From an uncultured candidate division Zixibacteria bacterium (GTDB lineage: Bacteria > Zixibacteria > MSB-5A5 > GN15 > PGXB01): a DNA stretch of 64,000 nt. The position numbers and the translations under genes were made by a program. Below, piece by piece: positions 58,608-64,000 of this stretch. Numbering within the stretch: position 1 is the first letter of the stretch; every line of letters starts with the position of its first letter. Where the stretch lies: positions 1,984,001-2,048,000 of the forward strand of contig OY969724.1 of the NCBI GenBank assembly GCA_963702205.1. The letters are read 5' to 3'. Under the pieces are notes generated by a model, which saw nothing but the letters and a program-made list of their open reading frames with translations, was not told where the DNA came from and did no database searches.

Positions 58608-60205
58608 AGAGTTTCATTACAGCGATCTCTATATAGATTTCGTGGCCGAGGATACGTCACTGGATAAATATCTCGGCACGAAGACCCCCGCGCAGGCGGC
58701 GGCCATGATGCACATGCCCGGTGCCGATCGCGAGGCGCTGTGCGATATACTGGTTCGACAAAACGAGGAGTTCCGATCCAAACCGAAAGCGTTTGAATCA
58801 ATCGAAAAGCTGCGCCGGGAGGATGCTCTGTGCATTTTCACCGGTCAGCAGGTGGGGCTGTACGGCGGGCCGCTCTACAGCCTGTTCAAAGCGATCGGGA
58901 TTATCAAGAAAGCGGTGCAGCTCGAAAGCGAGCTGAAGCGGCCGGTGGTTCCGGTTTTCTGGATGGCCTCCGACGATCACGACTATGAAGAAATTAATCA
59001 CTATCATTACATAGAGTCCGACGGCTCGACCGGGAAGCTGGTTTACGGGGCGGAAATTCCCCAAAATATCCCGGCGTCGGAGATTTATTTTACCGACCGG
59101 GATATGTATAACGAACTGGTCGAAAGCACGAAGGAACATTTCGGCCAGTCCGAATTCGCCGAGGACTTTTTCAAGCGACTGTTTGAGTCCTATGCGCACG
59201 ATTCCGGTTTTGTCGATGCTTTCGCACGGTTTTATGCCGACATTCTTCCGGATTTGGGTCTAATTTTTTTCTCACCGGCCGACGCCGATGTTAAAAATTT
59301 ATCGCGCAAATTCTTCCGTAACATTGTCGAGCAGTATTTCAATATGAAGTCGATTCTGGAACAGACAGCGACTACGATTGAAATGGATCGTTATCATATT
59401 CAGGCCGAGAAGAAACTTACGGCCGTCCATTTGTTTTACCACAATCCGGGTCGTGAGGCGATTCACTTTGCCGATGAATCGTTCATAGTGGATAACCGGC
59501 CGATAGGCCTGCCGGGTATTCTGGATATGATCGAGCGTAATCCCGAGCGGTTTTCTCCGGACGTGCTCACCCGGCCGCTTTGGCAGTCGTACCTGTTCCC
59601 GACCGTGGCGCACGCGGGCGGGCCTGCGGAGATAGCCTATTTTTGCCAGATCGGACAGTTGTTCCGGCTTTTCAAAATGGCCCAGCCGTACTATTTCGCG
59701 AGGCCCAGTGCGACGCTGGTGGAAAAACACCATGAAGAGTTGATGATCAAGTACGGTTTGGAATTGAACGATCTGACCGGCGACATCGAGCAGGTGATAA
59801 ACAGGATCGTCGCGGAAACTTACCCGCACGACCTTGAAAAAAGTTTCGGAGATTTTAAAGACGGCTTAATGGATATATATGACAAGTTGAAAGAACATCT
59901 GGTTGCGTTCGACAGCACCCTCGAACCTATGACGGAGCAGACGTACAGGTAAAATGGATTTTGCATTGAGCCATCTCGAAAAGAAGGCGTTCAGTGCTCA
60001 CAAAAGAGGACAGAAACTGACCCGCGAGCAGATATATAGACTGGATGCTTTTCTGATGCCGTACAAGAATCTTCAGGAGCGGTCTCTGGGTATATGTTAT
60101 TTCATGGCCAAGTATGGGCCGGGGATAATGGATTTTATTCTGGATAAGCTTGAGATCGGGACCAAAGAACATCAAATGATATACCTCTCTGAACTGGCCG
60201 AATAA
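58579..60205 (+). CDS. bshC: Bacillithiol cysteine-adding enzyme BshC; frameshifted near 59947
   Basis: TGQQ.GL.GGPLY, PVFWMASDDHD..EINH, PERFSP.V..RP, GGPAEIAY; C-terminal LQER lies in ORF 59954-60205; removing one base gives about 541 aa. Confidence 0.9.
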
Positions 60206-60206
60206 T

Positions 60207-61331
60207 ATGAATATCGGCATAACCTGTTATCCCGTGGCCGGAGGCTCGGGGATTGTGGCGACCGAGTTGGGTCGCAAGCTGGCCACGCGCGGGCATCAGG
60301 TGCATTTTATCAGCTATGCCCTGCCGTTCCGGTTCGACGAATTCCAGCAGAATCTTTTCTTCCACGGGGTCGAAACGACGGCGTACCCGCTGTTCAAACA
60401 CCCGCCGTACACCCTGGCCCTGGCCACCCGTATGGCCGAAGTGTGCTGTCAGTACCAGCTCGATATTCTGCACGTGCACTATGCCATCCCGCACGCCACG
60501 TGTGCATTTCTGGCCAAGCAAATGGTGACGTGCCGTCTTCCGAAAATAATAACGACACTTCACGGAACGGATATTACGCTGGTCGGATCCGACCCGTCGT
60601 ACTATGATATCACCAAGTTTTCGATAAATGCCTCGGACGGCATCACGGCCGTGTCGCAATATCTGGCCGACGAGACCGTCAGGGAGTTCAAGATCGAAAA
60701 AGAAATCCGGGTGGTGCATAATTTCTTCGACGGCGACCGGTTCAATCCGGGCAATCATTCCGCCTGCAAGCGGCATACTTTCGCCACCGATAATGAGTTT
60801 ATTATTTCGCACGTCTCCAATTTCCGCCCGGTCAAGAGAGCTCTCGACGTGATCGATATTTTCGACAGAATTCAGCAAAAGCTTCCGGCCAAGCTTCTTC
60901 TGGTCGGCGAAGGACCGGACGCGGTTCTCGTGCGGCGGCAGGTGAACAAAAGAAATTTGACCGACAAAGTCATCTTTCTCGGTAACCAAAGCAGGGTGGA
61001 AGCGATATTGCCGGTGTCCGATCTGTTTTTGCTGCCGTCAGAGGAAGAATCTTTCGGGCTGGCGGCCCTGGAAGCGTTAGCCAGCGGGGTTCCGGTGATA
61101 GGCACATCCGATACCGGATTAGTGGAAGTTATCGAAGATAACGTCGACGGATTTTTATGCCAGGTCGGCGACACGACCGAAATGGCAGAAAAGGGAATAG
61201 CTCTTTTGACCGATCCGCCAAGGCTGGCAAAATTCAAAAGCGACGCGGCTCGGCTGGCCAATGAACGTTTCAACTCAGACAAGATTATTACAGAATATGA
61301 GAATTATTATCAGGAGGTCCTGAATGCCTGA
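60207..61331 (+). CDS. bshA: N-acetyl-alpha-D-glucosaminyl L-malate synthase
   Basis: IGITCYP..GGSG.VATELG, HVHYAIPHA, TLHGTDIT, SNFRPVKR, ESFGLAALEA. Confidence 0.95.
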   Translation: MNIGITCYPVAGGSGIVATELGRKLATRGHQVHFISYALPFRFDEFQQNLFFHGVETTAYPLFKHPPYTLALATRMAEVCCQYQLDILHVHYAIPHATCAFLAKQMVTCRLPKIITTLHGTDITLVGSDPSYYDITKFSINASDGITAVSQYLADETVREFKIEKEIRVVHNFFDGDRFNPGNHSACKRHTFATDNEFIISHVSNFRPVKRALDVIDIFDRIQQKLPAKLLLVGEGPDAVLVRRQVNKRNLTDKVIFLGNQSRVEAILPVSDLFLLPSEEESFGLAALEALASGVPVIGTSDTGLVEVIEDNVDGFLCQVGDTTEMAEKGIALLTDPPRLAKFKSDAARLANERFNSDKIITEYENYYQEVLNA

Positions 61332-62043
61332 TATCAAGCTCGACGTGCTGGCTATCGTGGCGCACCGTGACGACGTCGAAATTACGTGCGGCGGGACCAT
61401 GATTAAAATGGCCGATGCGGGGTATAAAACGGGCATTCTGGATTTGACGGCCGGTGAGATGGGGACCAGGGGAACGGCCGAAGAGCGCCGTCGTGACGCC
61501 GCCGAGGCGTCGAAAATTATGAGGCTGTCGTACCGGGAAAACCTCAACCTGCCCGACGCCGGAGTGGAAGTCGCCCGGGAGAATAAACTCAAGATTGCGC
61601 AGGTCATCAGGAATACACGGCCCGAGTTGATGATACTGCCGTATTGGGTGCAAAGGCATCCCGATCATCTGGCGGCGTCTTTGCTCGGCTACGACGCTTG
61701 TTTTCTGGCCGGGTTGAAAAAACTTAAACTCGACGGTGAACCACACCGTCCGAGAAAGATAATTTATACCTCATCATTTCGCGACGTGCATCATACGTTT
61801 TATGTCGACATCACCGAGCAGATGTCGCGCAAGCTCGATGTGGTCGCGGCGTACAAGTCTCAGTTCGACGGCTCCGAGCAATCGAAGCAGATATTTAAGC
61901 CCGGGGTTGATATTTTCGAATTCATGACCGTCACCGCGCAGCATTACGGACATCAGGTCGGGGTCAGGTATGCCGAAGCGTTTACTATCAAAGAAAACAT
62001 CCTGGTTGACGATCCGGTCAAGATGCCGGTCAAGTCGATATAG
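61324..62043 (+). CDS. bshB1: Bacillithiol biosynthesis deacetylase
   Basis: AHRDDVE..CGGT, DLTAGEMGTRG, RHPDH, AYKSQF, YAEAF. Confidence 0.92.
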   Translation: MPDIKLDVLAIVAHRDDVEITCGGTMIKMADAGYKTGILDLTAGEMGTRGTAEERRRDAAEASKIMRLSYRENLNLPDAGVEVARENKLKIAQVIRNTRPELMILPYWVQRHPDHLAASLLGYDACFLAGLKKLKLDGEPHRPRKIIYTSSFRDVHHTFYVDITEQMSRKLDVVAAYKSQFDGSEQSKQIFKPGVDIFEFMTVTAQHYGHQVGVRYAEAFTIKENILVDDPVKMPVKSI

Positions 62044-62075
62044 AGATATCATTTTGTCCGGTGATTTTCCCGGAC

Positions 62076-62104
62076 TTGCCTAATTGGACGTCCTTTAATA
62101 TATT
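62076..62104 (+). promoter_or_regulatory. Putative sigma70 promoter of tRNA-Sec
   Basis: TTGCCT-17 nt-TATATT ending 6 nt before the tRNA 5' G. Confidence 0.5.
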
Positions 62105-62110
62105 CCTGCC

Positions 62111-62203
62111 GGAAGTGGATAGGGTCTGGTGGCCCTTGCGGTCTTCAAAACCGTGGGGAGGCAGTAATGCTGTCTCCGGTGGGTTCGATTCCCACCCCTT
62201 CCG
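62111..62203 (+). tRNA. selC: tRNA-Sec (anticodon UCA)
   Basis: 8-bp acceptor GGAAGTGG/CCCCTTCC (one mismatch), 6-bp D stem AGGGTC-TGGT-GGCCCT, anticodon loop CTTCAAA, long variable arm, T arm GTGGG-TTCGATT-CCCAC, G discriminator; CCA not encoded. Confidence 0.95.
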
Positions 62204-62220
62204 CTTTTTATTTGGGAATA

Positions 62221-62253
62221 AAAAAATCCCGTGAAAAATTCCCACGGGATTTT
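62221..62253. terminator. Bidirectional intrinsic terminator
   Basis: AAAATCCCGTG-N9-CACGGGATTTT between convergent genes. Confidence 0.75.
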
Positions 62254-62274
62254 AAATAATGTTATTATAGGTTA

Positions 62275-63477
62275 TTAATGGTCACCATCGCCGCCGTATC
62301 CGCCATAACCACCGTCGCCCCCATGTCCATCATAGCCGCCGTCTTTGTTGTCATCTTCGTTTCCATTGTCACCGTCGTGATTAGCATCGTCGCCGTTGTC
62401 CATACCGGGGCAGTCGTTGTCACAGCTTCCGGGGCCGATCACGCCATTGTTGTAATCATCGAGTGTGCTCTTCCACGATAAAACCATTTGCTGATCGTCC
62501 GTGGACAGAGTGTCCCAGTCGTTCTGGTCGTGGTTGGCGAGAAATGTATCGACATTGGATAGGGAAGTGTCAATGACAGAGCCGTCAGCGCCTGCGGCCA
62601 GATTCAGTTTGGCGGCGAGCAGTTGGGCATAGAGCTTCGTTATTCCGTTGCTGTTTCCGCCGCACTTTTTCATGGTCATAACGAGGATGCCGACCGCGGT
62701 GGTTGAATAGGTCACGTACAGGCTTTTGTCTCCATTAATGTCCCCGAGCCAGAGTGGCAGGTATTGGGAAACTTCGTTGGCTTGCGGCCCGAAGCCGGCA
62801 TGAGTTTTCCAGTAACCAAGGCCGTGAGTACAGACGGTATCGGTCGCAGAGTGACCAATGTCGAATCTTATTAAAGACTGTTGTTCCAAGTCCGTCAATT
62901 GCGGCCAGCCGGTATAAAGCGACGCGCCGGAACCGTAATTCTGGTCGGGGGAGTTGGCGTCAATGTATGTGTCGGCTATCGGATACAGCGTGTCCGATGC
63001 CGGTTGATCATTGAGCATATAGTCGATTACCATATATGGGATGCTGTCGCTTTCGCGGCTGTCAAAAATGGTCGATGGTGCGAATAACTGCGACTGGTCC
63101 ATAAGAAATCCAAAATTAGTACTGCCGTCCATCCATGCGGAAGCCAGGCTGCCAAGGTCAACTTCGTACCACCCCGGCTGAGCGGGTGTGAACGAGCCGT
63201 AATTCATGCCGTTGAACGACTGACCGAAATTATTCCACGTCGCGGACATTTCCTGCCAGTCGGCGGTAATGCGGTAAATATTCACCGGCTGAGATTCGGC
63301 CTGAGTGACGAAAATATGGAATGTTGCGGTCGACATTGTCGCTCCATCGGGCAGAGTGAATTCCGCTATTTGTGCGGTGCTGTTGTCCGGTGCGACAGGG
63401 CCGGATTGCCCGGAGCAGCCATATATCATAAGCATGACTGCCAGAATCATTGTTAGAGAACCAAAGTTCTTGATCAT
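62275..63477 (-). CDS. Lipoprotein with DNRLRE-like domain, GYWKxH domain and Asp/Gly-rich tail
   Basis: GGAGG RBS; lipobox IYGC; YRITADWQE..ATWN, FDSRE, DTYI....P..NYG, SLIRFD; CTHGLGYWKTH. Confidence 0.75.
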   Translation of the reverse strand: MIKNFGSLTMILAVMLMIYGCSGQSGPVAPDNSTAQIAEFTLPDGATMSTATFHIFVTQAESQPVNIYRITADWQEMSATWNNFGQSFNGMNYGSFTPAQPGWYEVDLGSLASAWMDGSTNFGFLMDQSQLFAPSTIFDSRESDSIPYMVIDYMLNDQPASDTLYPIADTYIDANSPDQNYGSGASLYTGWPQLTDLEQQSLIRFDIGHSATDTVCTHGLGYWKTHAGFGPQANEVSQYLPLWLGDINGDKSLYVTYSTTAVGILVMTMKKCGGNSNGITKLYAQLLAAKLNLAAGADGSVIDTSLSNVDTFLANHDQNDWDTLSTDDQQMVLSWKSTLDDYNNGVIGPGSCDNDCPGMDNGDDANHDGDNGNEDDNKDGGYDGHGGDGGYGGYGGDGDH

Positions 63478-63792
63478 AAATCCTCCATGAATTCTCTTTT
63501 CATTAATTTATTCCGGTCAGCATCAAAATAGTTTAGCTGATAATAATTTCGTGCCAGCCTACGAAAATTGAAATTAATGTCCCCCGGAAGGTACTACTAT
63601 TGGTTTATAATTGATAACGACCCCGGAAAGTTCGGGATTTTTTGAGAAAAGACTGATTTTGTCCACATTTTAACTCGGCACAAAACATAACCTTATGACC
63701 TTTATAGACATAACGGCAATTTATTATTGCTTTTTGGAGTTGTTCAGGATATATTCCGACAAATTATGTAACTTATTGTATTTGATAATCAT

Positions 63793-64000
63793 ATGAAAAA
63801 GATTAGAAATGCCTCGGAAGCCATTAATCCCCGAGTTATCAAACCGGGAAGTGTTATATACACATCGGGCAACGCCGCTACGCCCCGCGAATTGCTGAAG
63901 CAATTGGCGGTTGATCTTGAAATAAAACATGTCGCCCTTTACAGCATTCTTCTTCTCGGTGAAGGGCTGGAAGAGCTGTTCAGCCCGCGCCGATGTGATG
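63793..64000 (+). CDS. Acetyl-CoA hydrolase/4-hydroxybutyrate CoA-transferase family protein, N-terminus only
   Basis: Manual translation MKKIRNASEAINPRVIKPGSVIYTSGNAATPRELLKQLA...; open to the window end. Confidence 0.65.
   Translation, partial: MKKIRNASEAINPRVIKPGSVIYTSGNAATPRELLKQLAVDLEIKHVALYSILLLGEGLEELFSPRRCD

Noticed and set aside
63538..63559. Sigma54 promoter for the DNRLRE lipoprotein (TGGCACG on the minus strand)
   Set aside because: The -24 box is good but the -12 GC is missing (TATT).
62204..64000. Genomic island integrated at selC
   Set aside because: No integrase or duplicated tRNA 3' end is visible before the window ends.

Overview
Mostly + strand, gene-dense chromosomal window from a diderm bacterium. 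The gene set (PorU/PorV, Bat operon, bacillithiol genes, DGGGP-synthase-like UbiA, tRNA-Sec) points to the FCB group, plausibly Zixibacteria or a relative (inference only). In order: a partial outer-membrane beta-barrel gene; ltaE-csaA-MBL hydrolase; hemerythrin; sdhDCAB and a divergent sucCD; an accessory region (about 8.9-17.1 kb) of AT-rich genes bracketed by several families of REP-like hairpins, also holding a desaturase, a repeat lipoprotein and an orphan citF; asparaginase II and tnaA; an approximately 18 kb T9SS-related envelope locus (PorU, a PorV with a ~580-aa insertion, an M6 protease, two paralogous exported proteins, an NHL lipoprotein, a ~1,080-aa barrel with SprA-like motifs, an Omp85 protein, a UbiA/DGGGPS-like enzyme); an expanded MoxR-DUF58-Bat operon with an embedded GT-C glycosyltransferase; corA; tetR-tolC-MFP-RND running into bshC-bshA-bshB1; tRNA-Sec; a DNRLRE lipoprotein; and a partial CoA-transferase. 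Five genes carry single-base frameshifts, most likely long-read errors. The best candidates for undescribed systems are (i) inverted REP pairs enclosing cargo genes, next to an empty doublet showing covariation, and (ii) the compact T9SS-like locus. All family calls come from motif recognition by eye; no database searches were run.
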